Positions 13,087 through 30,069 of a stretch of DNA of 64,000 bases are shown piece by piece; the first letter of the stretch is position 1; each line of letters begins with the position of its first letter. Under the pieces are notes generated by a model, which had not been told where the DNA came from, did no database searches, and saw only the letters and a list, made by a program, of their open reading frames with translations. The DNA is taken from contig JBHGNT010000008.1 in NCBI GenBank assembly GCA_043228905.1, positions 14,198,001 to 14,262,000 on the forward strand, written 5' to 3'. Source of the DNA: Azolla caroliniana. Its lineage: Eukaryota; Plantae; Polypodiophyta. The position numbers were made by a program, and so were the translations under genes.

Positions 13087-15510
13087 TTTCGTAAAGATTT
13101 TCGCCCACGGTGTGAAAATTGCATAGAATATACAAAATCGAGTGTGGTTCTTCACACACAATATGGAAAAATAATAATGAAGATATTATTTTATATCTTG
13201 GTACGAAAAGATGGATGTCTTCAAGAGCTTTTAAATGCATTTTACTACATATGAAATGGACAAATTAGTGTCAAGTTACGTGAATGTGAAGTTTGAGAAA
13301 AAAAAGAGAAAAACAAAATTGTGAGATATCCCACATAGATAGGACAACATTAGGATGTAAGAGTATATAACTAGAGGCATATCTCTTTATATTTCATTTA
13401 AGTGCTAGGAGCATAGAAGGGTTGGGTTGTATAACTTGGATGAATGGATGTAGCCAAGATATTCATATAGTGTTTTGGACAACGACGGAACCGGAACCAA
13501 ACGGACGGACGACGACGGAGTTGAAATCGGACTGGATAGATCGAATCACCGGGTCGGATGCGGACCAGATAGACGGATCGATCAAATAGGTTGATCGCGA
13601 CGATTTCGGTGTGATATTCATATAGTGTTTTGGACAACGACGGAGTCGAAACCGGACCGGATAGATCGGATCACCGGGTCGGATGCGGACCAGATGGACC
13701 GGATAGACGGATCGATCGAATAGGTTGATCGCGACGATTTCGGTGTCAAACGAACAAAATATCTAGATTAAAAAACCTAGTAAAAGTTTGTATATAAACG
13801 AATGCAAGCAAAGCTTGAGCCTTGCACCTCCAAGATAGGAGGCAATAGACTTACCATTAAGCTTAATCATTTCCTTAGAATTTTTTTTCTATCATTATAC
13901 TTTTACATGTAAATTTTCATATTAGAGCTTGATTGAGTGACATGGTTATCATGCATCACATGTAATGCATGAGCGCCAAATGGCAAACATGCATTCCATG
14001 CATTGTATGCATGTCTTGTACCCTCACATGCATCATATGCATGGGGGCGTCTATAAAAGAGTGGATGGAGAAGAAAAATGGGAGCAATGTATTAATCAAG
14101 AAATTAAAAGTAAGAAATTCGTTATCCAATTGATGTATCAATCTTGTTCTTCAAATATAAAGTCAAGAGTTCAATCTTAATCTCTCTCAATCTAAAGTCA
14201 AGTGTTCTATCTTATCTCAATCTCTCTCTCTTTCAATCTCTCTTAATTGCTTTCTCACTAAAGCTAGTGCAAACTTTGAGTCCTTCCGGTCCAAAACCCC
14301 GGTGGTTCCGCCTCACGATCCGCGCGTAGTGACGGATCTTCACGACGTAATAAAGTGGTGAACCCGACGTGAAAGAGGCGGCAGGAAGGATCAAATCGAG
14401 GATCAACCGATACTTGGAGATGGCATCCTCTAGCAATCAAGTGAGAGAGTTCGAAAGGATGATGTTGATCATCGAACAAATGATGAGATCTCGAGACAAC
14501 GATGCGAGTGTGGAGAAGGTCGTCGACCGTGTTGTGGAGCTCGAGGGTCAATTTGACGGAAGGAACATTACGAAGTTCCTTGATGCATATAGAAGGGAGA
14601 TGAATCAGAGGGACGTGTCCAAAGCGCGTCAAATCACAAGTTTCAAGAGAGTGGTCGCCAATAACATCCAAAGACGCGTCATCGAGCTTCAAGAAGGGAA
14701 GACAACGTGGTTGGAGTTCGAGAAAGCGATATTAGTGGAGTTCGCGACGGAAGATTTGTTGATGATGACTCAACATGCCTTGATGAAGTGGATAGAAAAG
14801 AAGAATAAGAGGATGAGCGCTTTGAGGGTGTACAACGAGTTTGACCAAATGTTTTGTCGTCTCCTTGCTATAGACCAAGTGTTGCTTGAGGAGGACAAAA
14901 CTTTGTACTTCCTAAAGGTTGTGGATATGAAGGATAGAGGAGAACTGGGTACTCTCCTCGAAGATGATACCCAAGCGAACGGGCTTGTGGCGGACTGGGT
15001 TGCGGTGAAGCGAGCATGCAATAGGCTCGACAAGCGTCGTCAGTGGGTTGATGACACCGACTTGGCGGGATCGACTGTCGCGGAGAAAACAAGACAACCG
15101 AAAGTAGTTGAGCCGCCCAAACAAAGCAGCCCAGAAGAAAAGAAGATTGATGAAGACATCATCGAAGAGCTAGCGAAGAAGTTCGAGATGGTCACGCTAG
15201 CCAACATGAATCGTCGGGGCCCCAAAGGAAAAGAACCCTTTACATGTGTGTGGTGCGATAGCATGGACCACATGAGAAGGGATTGCGCGAGCCTTCGAGA
15301 GGCCATCCAACAAAATATCATATACATGGATGACAACATGATCTGCTCGACTGAAACTCGAAGACCCCTACGGGTGAATTTCGGAAGAGGGGCAATGAAT
15401 AAATCTATGGAAGATGTTGGTGTGACTCATGTGGATGCGATGCACTATGCTGCATCGGCTAGAATTAGAGTCGGAAAAGATAAAAATGAAGCTGCTAGAA
15501 TGGGAACAAA
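13087..15510 (+). mobile_element. Truncated Ty3/gypsy-type element: long 5' LTR (start uncertain, end about 14352), tRNA-Trp PBS, gag
   Basis: PBS TGGTGAACCCGACGTGA at 14356-14372. The gag ORF (ATG 14420) contains FDGRNITKFL and the zinc knuckle CVWCDSMDHMRRDC. Gag-like sequence appears to end near 15510. Confidence 0.7.
13461..13746 (+). repeat. Two tandem copies of a ~130-150-bp GATC/CCGG-rich unit
   Basis: ATTCATATAGTGTTTTGGACAACGACGGA...GATCGCGACGATTTCGGTGT appears at about 13461 and 13616. Confidence 0.85.
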
Positions 15511-16515
15511 GGTCCTTTCTTCGTTGAACCGTTTGGTGTTCCCACTCACGTCCTATAGATCCTCACCTCGTCGATGCTTGCCACTCCGAATACGCACGAT
15601 CCATAACACTTATCATATCTAAACTAGCTAAGCTTTTTTTTATAACATGCCCCCTAGTAGCTATTTCATTTCTATGAAGGATCTCGAAATTCCGAGTGGA
15701 GAAATAAGTAGTCCAAGAACGTTCTTCCAGGATCGATTCTCATAATTGAACAAGTCTCGCAATCTTGATGAGGTCGGTCTCTCAGCCACAGGCCTAGCAA
15801 GAAAAAGATTGGGATAGGTAAAAAAAGCCCCCCCCCCCCCCCTCCGGAATCAGACAAGAGTGTTTCCCCTCATCCAGCTCGAATAACTTTATCTAAACGC
15901 AAAAATTTGTTTGAGGGTAATTTAAAGTTTTGTTTCACAGTATGATGGGTTGTTGGGATGACATAGCGCTCCCACCCCATCAATTCATCTATGGATGCAA
16001 AAATAGTTATTCGTTACTCAAGCTTCAACTGGCCTTTCTTGAGTAGTCTTGAATCCCTTTGTACGTGCCATCTACACCCCCAAAGGGAGGTTGGTTCCCC
16101 TCACTCTCTTTGGTTCAATCATGGATTGGAGAGATTTTTCTTGTCCCTAATACGATTATTACTATTCTTTGAATTTCCACTCCACCTCGATGATTACCAA
16201 TTCATTTGAGAAACCTCTGCAATGATTGGATTTCTATAACCATATCTATTCTTTAAACCAGCTTTAATAAAAAGAAACCTAAAAAAAAAGGATTTGAATC
16301 GGTCTTTGATCACCGAATCGAGATTGTCAAATTAGACTTGTCTTAACGAAGCCTGATTGAAGGATTAATCCTGAAAGAGAACCTTTAGTATGTACATAAT
16401 GTCAGGAGCAGTACTAAGACTGAGAAGTATTGTCACGAACAGTACTAAAACAGAGAAGGAATTAGTACTAAAAGATGAGGATTAGTACTAAGGGAGGTGT
16501 AGAACTCTCGAGAGA

Positions 16516-16569
<54 letters not shown>

Positions 16570-16791
16570 AACAAAAGATATATATTATGTTAAGGGAATA
16601 TACAATAGTAGCTAGGAGGCTTAAGACTGGCGTTGAACCGATTTGGTTCGAAATAATGCCTTGTACCTCCTTTTATAGTGTTCTCAGGAGCACTCCTGAA
16701 GTCTCTAGAATGTTCCAGAGAAATTTGGAATATAGATCAATTTTCTATAGTAAAACCTGAATGAAAATAATATCTTTCGTAGTACAACATA

Positions 16792-16846
16792 TAGTCTAAT
16801 GGCCAAGAGTTCAACCCATGTAACATAAGGTCATGGGTTCGAGTCT
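16792..16846 (+). promoter_or_regulatory. tRNA-like A/B-box cassette (TAGTCTAATGG / GGTTCGAGTCT) in the LTR U3; second copy at 26156-26210
   Basis: 44-nt spacing, antisense to the minus-strand element. Confidence 0.65.
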
Positions 16847-19800
16847 TGTCATATCATGACACTATCCCCCCATTAAAATGATGAGTGTCATGAGTCGTTT
16901 TGGATTGAGTGCCCGGTTTGTTTAGATATTGACAATGGAAGTCTTCAAGAAGAGCACGAGCATTACTCACATTCTCTATTGGTTCCCAAGTATGCTTGTT
17001 GGGATTGTATCCTAGCCAATCAACTAAATAGTAGAGCTTGTTGCGAACAATCTTGGAATCGAGGATGGTGGCAACCTCGTACTCAAGTTCATCTTCAAGC
17101 TCAATCGACGGTGGAGGTTGTTTAATACGACCTGGGATGGTGCTGTCTTGATAGGGTTTGAGGAGAGAACTATGAAACACCGGATGTATCCGAAGTTGTA
17201 AAGGTATATCGAGATGAAAAGCGACATCATTAATTTTTTCGATAATACGGAAAAGACCTAATTGCCGGTAATCCAACTTCTTGCATGGGCGAGTAGTATT
17301 GATGTGTCGTCGTAGTAGCCACACCCGATCTCCAATGTCAAAAGTGGATGGAAGCCGATGACAATCCACGTAAACCTTGTGTGTTTGTTGAGCTTGTTGT
17401 AGATGAGTAGATAAATCCTCTTGTATCTTACGTAGCCGCTCCAAACGATCCTCTGCACAAGGATTTGTGGGTAACTCTAGGAACTCTAGGGTTTCAAATA
17501 CACACCACCGGGGGTGATAGCTCGTGTAAGCATAAAATGGTGTCACCTTTGTCGATGAGTGGACAGAGTTATTATACACAAATTCGGCGAAGTGGAGAAT
17601 ATCCGCCCAGTCATCTTGATGATAGCTTAAAAAGCACCGAAGATACTGCTCGAGCGTTTGATTTGTTCGTTCTATTGGGCCGTTTGTTTGCGGGTGGTAG
17701 CTGGAGGGGAGGTTACAAGTGACCTTAAGCATTTTAAAGAGGTGCTTCCAGAACTTTGAGACGAACTGGGGTCCACAATCGCTGATGATACTATCGGGAA
17801 GGCCATGATGCCAACATACTTCATGCATGACAATTTCGGCGGTTTCTTCACTGGAGATTTCCTTAGTACATGGTAGGAAATGGGCCATCTTCGTATATTG
17901 ATCTACTACTACTAAGATCGCATCGAATCCCTTAGAGACCGGAAGATCTGTGATGAAATCTAGGGCAATGGATTGCCATGGCTTGCTTGGAATTGTTAAT
18001 AGTTCTAATAAACCATATGGATGATGCCTTGGCATTTGCTCTGCAACATGTATCACAAGTCTGAACAAAATCTTCGAAAAATTGTCACATATGGGGCCAC
18101 CAAAAGGATCGTTGTACTAAATCTAGTGTTTTGGTACTACCAAAATGCCCAGTTGTATATGTGTCATGAAAGTTTTGGACTACTTGAAGGCGACAAGTAC
18201 CATTAGGAACATACAAGAGTTCCTTAAAGAATGGTCCCCTCTCTCTCACCGGCCTATGGCTCCCCTCCTCTACCACCCCCGCAGCACGTCGGAGTACTCC
18301 AAGATGTGAGGCTCATGGCAATTGGCTCGAGCGAAAACATCTGTCTTCAAGTCCATACGTATGGTATCGATCACGTGGGAATCAAGGGCACCTGCCGCAA
18401 GACCCTGCATTACTTGCAGTCGTTCCAGTACCAAGATTACTTGCTTTTGGTTGTCGAAAACCAACTCGCCGGGATGTGGTGCTAGATACGAAATGTCGTG
18501 ATAATGCATCTGCCTTCCCTTGTTGCTTCCCCGAACGATATGTAATTTTGAAGTCGAAACGAGTGAGGAATTGGGCCCACTGAGCTTGATGTCGATTCCA
18601 CACACAAGCATTCTAAAAGTAGGCAAGGTTTTTGTGATCACTGAATACGATGACTTGATCAGAAGACCCCTCTAGAAAATGCCTCCATTGCGTAAAAGAG
18701 TCCACTATTGCTAATAACTCCTTATCATGAATTTCATAGTTGATTTCCGTGGCGTCAAACTTGCGTGAATGGAAAGCCATAGGATGTAGCTTTTCATCAT
18801 CGCCTTGTTGAGACAGAATGTTACCCAAGGAGAAAGCTGACGCGTCTGCTTCAATGATGAATGGTTTTTCTGGATCAACATGAGCTAAAATAGGAGCTGA
18901 TGTAAATGCCTTCTTAAGACTCTCAAAAGCAATGTCCGCTTCTTCAAACCAAACAAACGATTTTCCCTTCCTGGTAAGTTGTGTGAGAGGCAAAACAAGC
19001 TTTCAGTAATCCTGTATGAACTTGCGGTAAAAATTGGCAAAGCCTAAAAAGCATTACACATCTCGCAACGAACGCGGAGTCTGCCACTCTACCACCGTTT
19101 TGACCTTAGCTGGATCCATGGAGATGCCTTCCGAGGAAATGACATAGCCCAAAAATTCTACCTGGTTACACCCGAAACTACATTTTTCCAATTTTGCATA
19201 AAGACCATGTTCTCGAAGTCGTTTTAGTACTAATAGTACATGAGAATCATGCTCTTCTTGGGTCTTCGATTAAACTAGTAGATCATCCAAATAGATGATC
19301 AAAAAATCATCCAAGAGATCTCGGAATATATCATTTGCCATGTGCTGGAAGACTGTTGGCGCATTAGTGAGGCCGAATGGCATGATTGTATACTCGAAGT
19401 GCCCATATCTGGTGCGAAACGCAGTCTTCCATTCATCTCCTGGTCGGATCCGTATGAGGTTATACGCTCCTTGTAGGTCGATCTTTGTGAAGAACCTTGC
19501 ACCATTGATCCGTTCTAAAAGACTTGAGATAAGAGGAAGTGCATACCTATTCATGATGGTGACTTTATTCAACCCTTGGTAATCTATGACGAGACGAAGA
19601 GATCCATCCTTTTTCTTGACGAAGAAAATGGGTGCGCTGGCTAGAGATTTCTAATGTCAAATGAAACCATTTGCCAAATTCTCCTCTATATAGGCTCAAA
19701 GGACTTCTAGCTCGGTTGGTGACAAATTGTAGATCGGTCCCCATGGTGGCTCTTTTCCCGGTTGTAAATCGATGGGGCAATCATACGGTCGATGGTGAGG

Positions 19801-21758
19801 AAGTGTATTAGCTTGTACTTTATCGAACACATCGGCATAATGACGATACTTCTTTGGAAGTTGAACAGAAGACTCCGCTTTATTGATACTGGAGGGGTTT
19901 AAGAGAAACATTTCTTCCTTGCATCCTTCCTCACGTAACTGATGTAGCGAAATGGTTGCAATCTTATGAGTAGATCCTCGGGTTTGTCGACACCGTATTT
20001 CTCTTGTTCTCCAATCTATGGCTAGGTTATGTAATTCAAACCATGGTAATCCCAAAACAATGGGATGTTCTGGGATACTAATTATATTAAATGATACTAC
20101 ACACGCTAAGTTATCTAGGACAATATTAACGGGTTTTGACTCTTCTATAATATTCCCGGAAGCAATGGGACGACCATCAATGACTACTATAGAGGCTGGA
20201 CATGGGAATTTCTTTAGGGATATCTGATGAGCTTGGGCAAAATTCCTATCCATGAAGCAAGAGTTGGCTCCGGAATCTAAAAGTGCTAAGACATGTACTG
20301 GATGAATACATTTAGTACTAACCATTACTTGAGCTAAGAACACATAGCTAACTTGCTTAGAGGAAATGGAACCACTAATGGGCTGCACAAATCTAGGGCT
20401 GTCCAACCAAACAGCTCCTATTTTGGCTCGACTTAATTGTTTAACTCTTCTTTTAGTTGACTAAGAATTTCAAATTTGTTTGAAAGGCTTGGGCTATTAG
20501 GACTATCAGACAAACCTAGAGGAATAGACTTGGGTTTAGTACTATTAGTACTAGCGGTTATTTGATTTACCTGCCTTTTCGGCTGATGGGGGCAGTTCAC
20601 TACAATATGCACCGGTCCACCGCAATAAAGACATAATCAATTTTCCCTACGTCGCTGCTTTTCTTCTTTCGATAGTGGTCCGCGGCGACGTGTGGTGTCG
20701 ATTTCCATTGGAGTCGGAGTATTTGTTAGAGACATATTGAATGACTCCCTTGGGAAAGGCTTTGCTACGATTGAAGCGTAGGTGGGCTCCGATCTTGTCC
20801 GTGGCATTTGGAACTGACGTTTTGAACGTCGTTCGAAGAGGCGATTATCGAATCGCACTGCACGACTGATTGCTTCTATCAATGACTTTGGCTCCTCAGG
20901 GAAAGTTAAGAGTAAATCTTTAACATCATTATGTAGGCCAAAACGAAATTGCTCCATTAGTGCCTGGTCATCCCAGGGAATATCGGTGGCGAGAAGACGG
21001 AAATCCGCAACATAAGCCGAGGCCGGCCACTCACCTTGGCGCAATCTTCAAATTTTGTTGATTGTTGTTCTAACACTGTCGGTATCTCCAAAAGAGGCTT
21101 TAAACTCAGAAATAAACTCTTCGAAATTATTTAACAAGGGAGAGCTTTTTTCTAACAGGGGGGCGAACCATGCCAAAGTCATGCCACTAAGTAGAGTGCC
21201 TACTAGTCCCACTCGTGATGCATCGGTGGGATATCGAGAAGGATGCATTTGAATGACTAATCATACCTGATTAAGGAATCCTCTAAACTGCGATCGCGTT
21301 CCATCGAATTTCATGGGAAGGTCGATCTTGGGTTCTTTATGAATCCCTTACATATTGGGTCCTTGTTGTTGCATCGCTACTAAGGTTGCTTCGAGTTGTT
21401 GCACGCGTACCACTAGTTCCCCATGTTGTTGTTGCGTATGTTGTTTTTCTAAGGAGATTTGTTGAAGATCCCCCAACAACCATTGATTTTCTTGTTCCAA
21501 AGCAAGGAACTTCAAGCATTGCAGCTCTGAGAAAACGGATTGATAATCTTGAGCGCTAACAATGGCCATAGTATGAGAGAAAAGAGGAATAAGATATTAG
21601 TATGAAGGGAGGCAGAAGTAAGAAGATAAAGGAAGAGAAGGAAGTAGAGAAAAATCGGTTCAAACTGTTAGGAGCAGTACTAAAACAGAGAAGTACCGTA
21701 AGGAACAGTACTAAAACATAGAAGGAATTAGTACTAAAAGATGAGGATTAGTACTAAG

Positions 21759-25857
<4,099 letters not shown>

Positions 25858-27093
25858 CTAAGGAAGGTGTAGAACTCTCCAGAGCAGGAGAGAGTGAGTG
25901 AGAGAGTGAGAGAGAGAGAGAGAGAATGAGGATAACAAAAGATATATATTATGTTAAGGGAATATATAATAGTAGTTAGGAGGCTTAAGACTGGCGTTGA
26001 ACTGATTTGGTTCGAAACAATGCCTTGTGCCTCCTTTTATAGTGTTCTCAGGAGTACTCTTGAATTTTCTAGAATGTTCCAAAGAAATCTGGAATATACA
26101 TCAATTTTCTATTGTAAAACCTAAATGAAAATAAAATTTTTTGTATTATAATATATAGTCTAATGGTCAAGAGCTCGACCCATGTAACATAAGGTCATGG
26201 GTTCGAGTCTTGCCATATCAAGACACATAGTACTTTAAATTCCGAGTTACAAAATTCTTCTCGATTGTGAGAAATATGGTGGAAGTGGAGGCATCCCATC
26301 ATCATATGAGATGACAGGCTGGGGTTCAATTTTTGGTGATCGAAATATACGATCGAGTCACGCATCACAATACACTAGGCTTTCTATTGGGGGTTTAGGG
26401 TTTAGGGTTGAGGTTTGTTATGTATACCATAATAGATTTGTTATGTAACTGGGACTCACTATCAAAATTACATAAATTGAGTTTCTATTTTTGGGGTAGT
26501 ATACTATCCCAAACTTCTAGTGGTAAATTATATTTGTAAATAGAAATCTATCCAATTATTCCAATTATGGGCATCCAAGGCAAAAAAAAATTTGGATAAT
26601 CCCCAACCCTCTACGAATTCTATTATGCTTGAGTTGATAAAACCTCATACGAAATCTTCATATGTTGGGGTGATATCAACAAAAAATTTGCAGTCCAAAC
26701 ATTCAATAGATGGATAAAACAATTCTTGATTGAAAGGCTCTCTTCAGGTTTGGGGAAAGCCCCTGGACTTTCTCCATCACTTGAAGAAAAAGTATTTTTT
26801 CCGCCTACATACTTAGGATGTAGCAGCATGGGCCCCAATTGTGGCTCGTGCCGAAAAGTACTTATATCTCCTCTCGTCCCAGATCCCGCTCAATGGCGAA
26901 ACCTTGTTGCGTTTTCTCACACAAAAGAGTCACAAACAATATATTTTTTTCCGTTTAGGATCGTTTATCTGATACTCATCCTTTTATTCCTCTCAGTGGA
27001 TCCTACAGTTTATATTATGATGATATATTGCATAGAATATGAGAGTGTTGATAAGTAATTAGCTACATCTGAGAGTGCCCATAGCTAACTAGC

Positions 27094-28691
27094 TATCACA
27101 AAATATCAATATCAAGATTTGAACTTGTAACCTTTAAACAAGGGTCTCACACTCTAACCATTACACCAACTTATTTTACTTTTATATTATTATTATTCAA
27201 GAATTACGGGGCACTAGACATCATAGATGACTGTCAAATGACATGCATGGATTTACGCCAAGTGGCACACAACATGTATGCCATATGGCGATCATGCACA
27301 ATCCTATGTACGCTATATAAGTGGAAGATATGCTTAGTGTTGAATCATTCCAATTCAAACTGTCACGACCCAAACTTCGAAGAAAATGTCGATTTGGAAG
27401 AAAAGAAGATAATAACAAACAGGAAGACAATAACAGGACAAGAAGACAATAATTTCTATTACAGGAAACCAAGATGACAAGGTTGCTGAAGACTAGTGTT
27501 GGACCAGAACAATATCTTCGTTGCTTTATCAATTATCAACAAGATGATTTGGTGGATTTCTTACATATAGCAGAATTTGCTTACAATAATTCAATCCATT
27601 CTTCTACGGGATTCACTCAAGTCTTTACAAACACAAGATATCATCCTCGTTGGATGATGCTTGAATATCCAAAAGTCTCAAACAATCTCGTCGTAAAGGA
27701 ACGTCTAGAACAACTCAAAGAAGTTCAAGCCAACCTTTCTGATAATTTGCTTCATGCTCAAGCTAAATACAAGAAGGTGGCAGATAAACATCGCTTAAAT
27801 TCTATACTTGAGGACCCTAAGTTTAAAGTTGGTGATCGGGTATGGTTATTGTGTTGTAATGTGAAAACTACTAAACCATGTGACAAATTGGATTTCCAAC
27901 GTCTACTAGGTCCATTTGTAATCTCTGATCAAGTCAACGATGTTGCATTTCGTCTAGACTTGCCTTCACATATGCGTCTTCATCCAGCATTTCATGTTTC
28001 ATTGTTAGAACCATGGACATCAAGTTCTATCCCAAATCGGGTTATTCCACCACCACCTCCAGTTCAACTTGCGGAAGGACCAAAATATGAGGTAAAAGCT
28101 ATTTTGAACTCCAAGGTCATCCGCAATAAGTTATATTATTTGATAGATTGGCTTGGATACACACTTGAGGATCGAACATGGGAACCCGCAGCGAATGTCA
28201 CTAATGCCTCTGAACTTTCATCGTCGTTATCCCCATAAACCAAAACCCAGCTCATGCATTGTAACTCATGGAACTCGTCATGAAAGGAGAGGATGATGTC
28301 ACAAAATGTCAATATCAAGATTTGAACTTGTAACCTTTAAACAAGGGTCTCACACTCTAACAATTACACCAACTTATTTTAATTAACAAATAAATTTTCA
28401 TATTATTATTATTCAAGAATTATGGGGCACTAGACACAATAGATGACTATCAAATGGCATGCATGGATGTACGCCAAGTGGCACACAACATGTATGCCAA
28501 ATGGCGATCATGCACAATCCTATGTACACTAGATAAGTGGAAGATCTACTTAGTGTTGAACCATTCCAGTCCAACAGCAGTCTTCAACAACCTTGTCATC
28601 TTGGTTTCCGATAATAGAAATTCTTGTCTTCTCATTTGTTATTATTCTTTTCTTCCGAATCGACATCGTCTTCAAAGCTTGGATCATGACA
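27094..28691 (+). mobile_element. 1.6-kb non-autonomous chromovirus derivative: 5' LTR with inverted R-U5, 3' integrase/chromodomain fragment, intact 3' LTR
   Basis: TSD CTAGC/CTAGT; 3' LTR 28297-28691; PPT GAAAGGAGAGGATGA. INT fragment EQYLRCF...YEVKAILNSK...WLGY...TWEP. 27361-27504 is the reverse complement of 28569-28691. Confidence 0.88.
27115..27168 (-). promoter_or_regulatory. tRNA-like A/B-box cassette (TGGTGTAATGG / AGTTCAAATCT) in the LTR U3; second copy at 28318-28371
   Basis: 43-nt spacing, antisense to the element. Confidence 0.55.
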
Positions 28692-29869
28692 CTAGTTACA
28701 CCAGGTAGTGGCCATAGCTAACTATCTACATATGGTAGTGGCCATAACTAATTAGCTACATTAGGTAATGGGTATAGCTAATTAGCGACATTAACTAGTG
28801 GCATAGCTAATTAGTTACATCAAGTACTGGTCATAGCTAATTAACTACATCAAATAGTGGTCATAGCTAATTACCTACATCAACTAGTGTTCATAGCTAG
28901 TTAGCTACATCAGAGAGTGGCCATAAGGAGGATGGTGTGGCTTGACATGTGTGTGGAGGAAATTGTAGCCCAAGTTTTGTGGAATGTTCAACTATGAACA
29001 TGTTGACACTACCAACATTGTGGAGAGACATTGGCAATTTATCAAATATACCGCCTTGAGAGGAAGAATAAACTGATCAATTACTAATCTTCTGCATGTC
29101 TTACTCGGGGACAATGAAATTGGCACTTGCATCATAGGGATTGTCGTCAAATGGTACAAGCAACGACAAGAAATATGTGAGAGTGGTAAATTTGCACCCC
29201 GTGCAAATTGTAAGGATCAAAGGTCAAGACTTAAAGAGGCTGAAAGGATACTCGAAAGGTATGAAACTAATACTACCACAATGCATATTGTGGACTAGGC
29301 CCGATATTGGTTTAAAATATTGAGCTTGACGACTCCCACTCTATGGTATAATGTATCGCTCCAATGCTCATATTGTGATTGCCAAGACCTTACGAGTAAA
29401 TGTAAGCATATACTCGGCATCCAGATGATTATTGAGAGGCACATGCCACATCTATGTGGGTAACGTTGCCTTTTATAGATCACACGGCCCAAATGCGAAC
29501 AGACCATCGTGCATAAATAGAAGTGGAGACAGAGGTAGAACCAGTCGAGGAGACAATCCCTGCAACATCAGAGATGGAATCAAGGGGAGTCGAAATTACA
29601 AACGATCGAGGCAACTATTCAATGTCTCAAGCAAGGGTTACAATCCTTTGACCACACAACTATTTGGGAATGTATGCAAATTTTTGAAGACTTACAATTT
29701 TGAGTGACTAATTTGAGTAGGGTGACAAAATTGAGTTGGGGGACCACATTTGGTTGGGCGACCATATTTAGACTTCCTACAACTAGATGGGCAACTGATC
29801 TGTGATAGTTGAGCGACTAGATGTAGGAGTTAGGTGACTACTAACAACTTTTCATTTGGCGCATTTTTT

Positions 29870-29952
29870 TTATCCAAATCGGGTGGTGCAGATTGTATGT
29901 GCTCTCAATTGAGTGACCTGCACCGTCCATGTTGGCCATTCCCACGCCAAGC
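29870..29952. mobile_element. Isolated right-hand TIR of a DNA transposon related to the 30070-35102 element
   Basis: GTGACCTGCACCGTCC and TCCAAATCGGGTGGTGCAGAT match the TIR core of the neighbouring element in inverted orientation. Confidence 0.55.
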
Positions 29953-30069
29953 TTATTTATGATTTAGCTGCAATATGGATAGAGACTATTTGTGGATGCA
30001 TGTTATGTATGTATGTGCACCTTAAGCATGTATGTATGTACAACGTGTCTAAATACCTCCAAAAATTGA

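Larger units (their letters stand above)
27055..28925. repeat. ~30-bp minisatellite (CATAGCTAATTAGCTACATCAAGTAGTGGC-like), ~9 units, split by the 27094-28691 element
   Basis: Units visible at 27055-27093 and 28692-28925. Confidence 0.85.

Noticed and set aside
15510-16394. Degenerate gag-like remnant on the minus strand (continuing 26231-26930)
   Set aside because: Probably an old retroelement hosting the 16400 insertion, but the motifs are too decayed to call with confidence.
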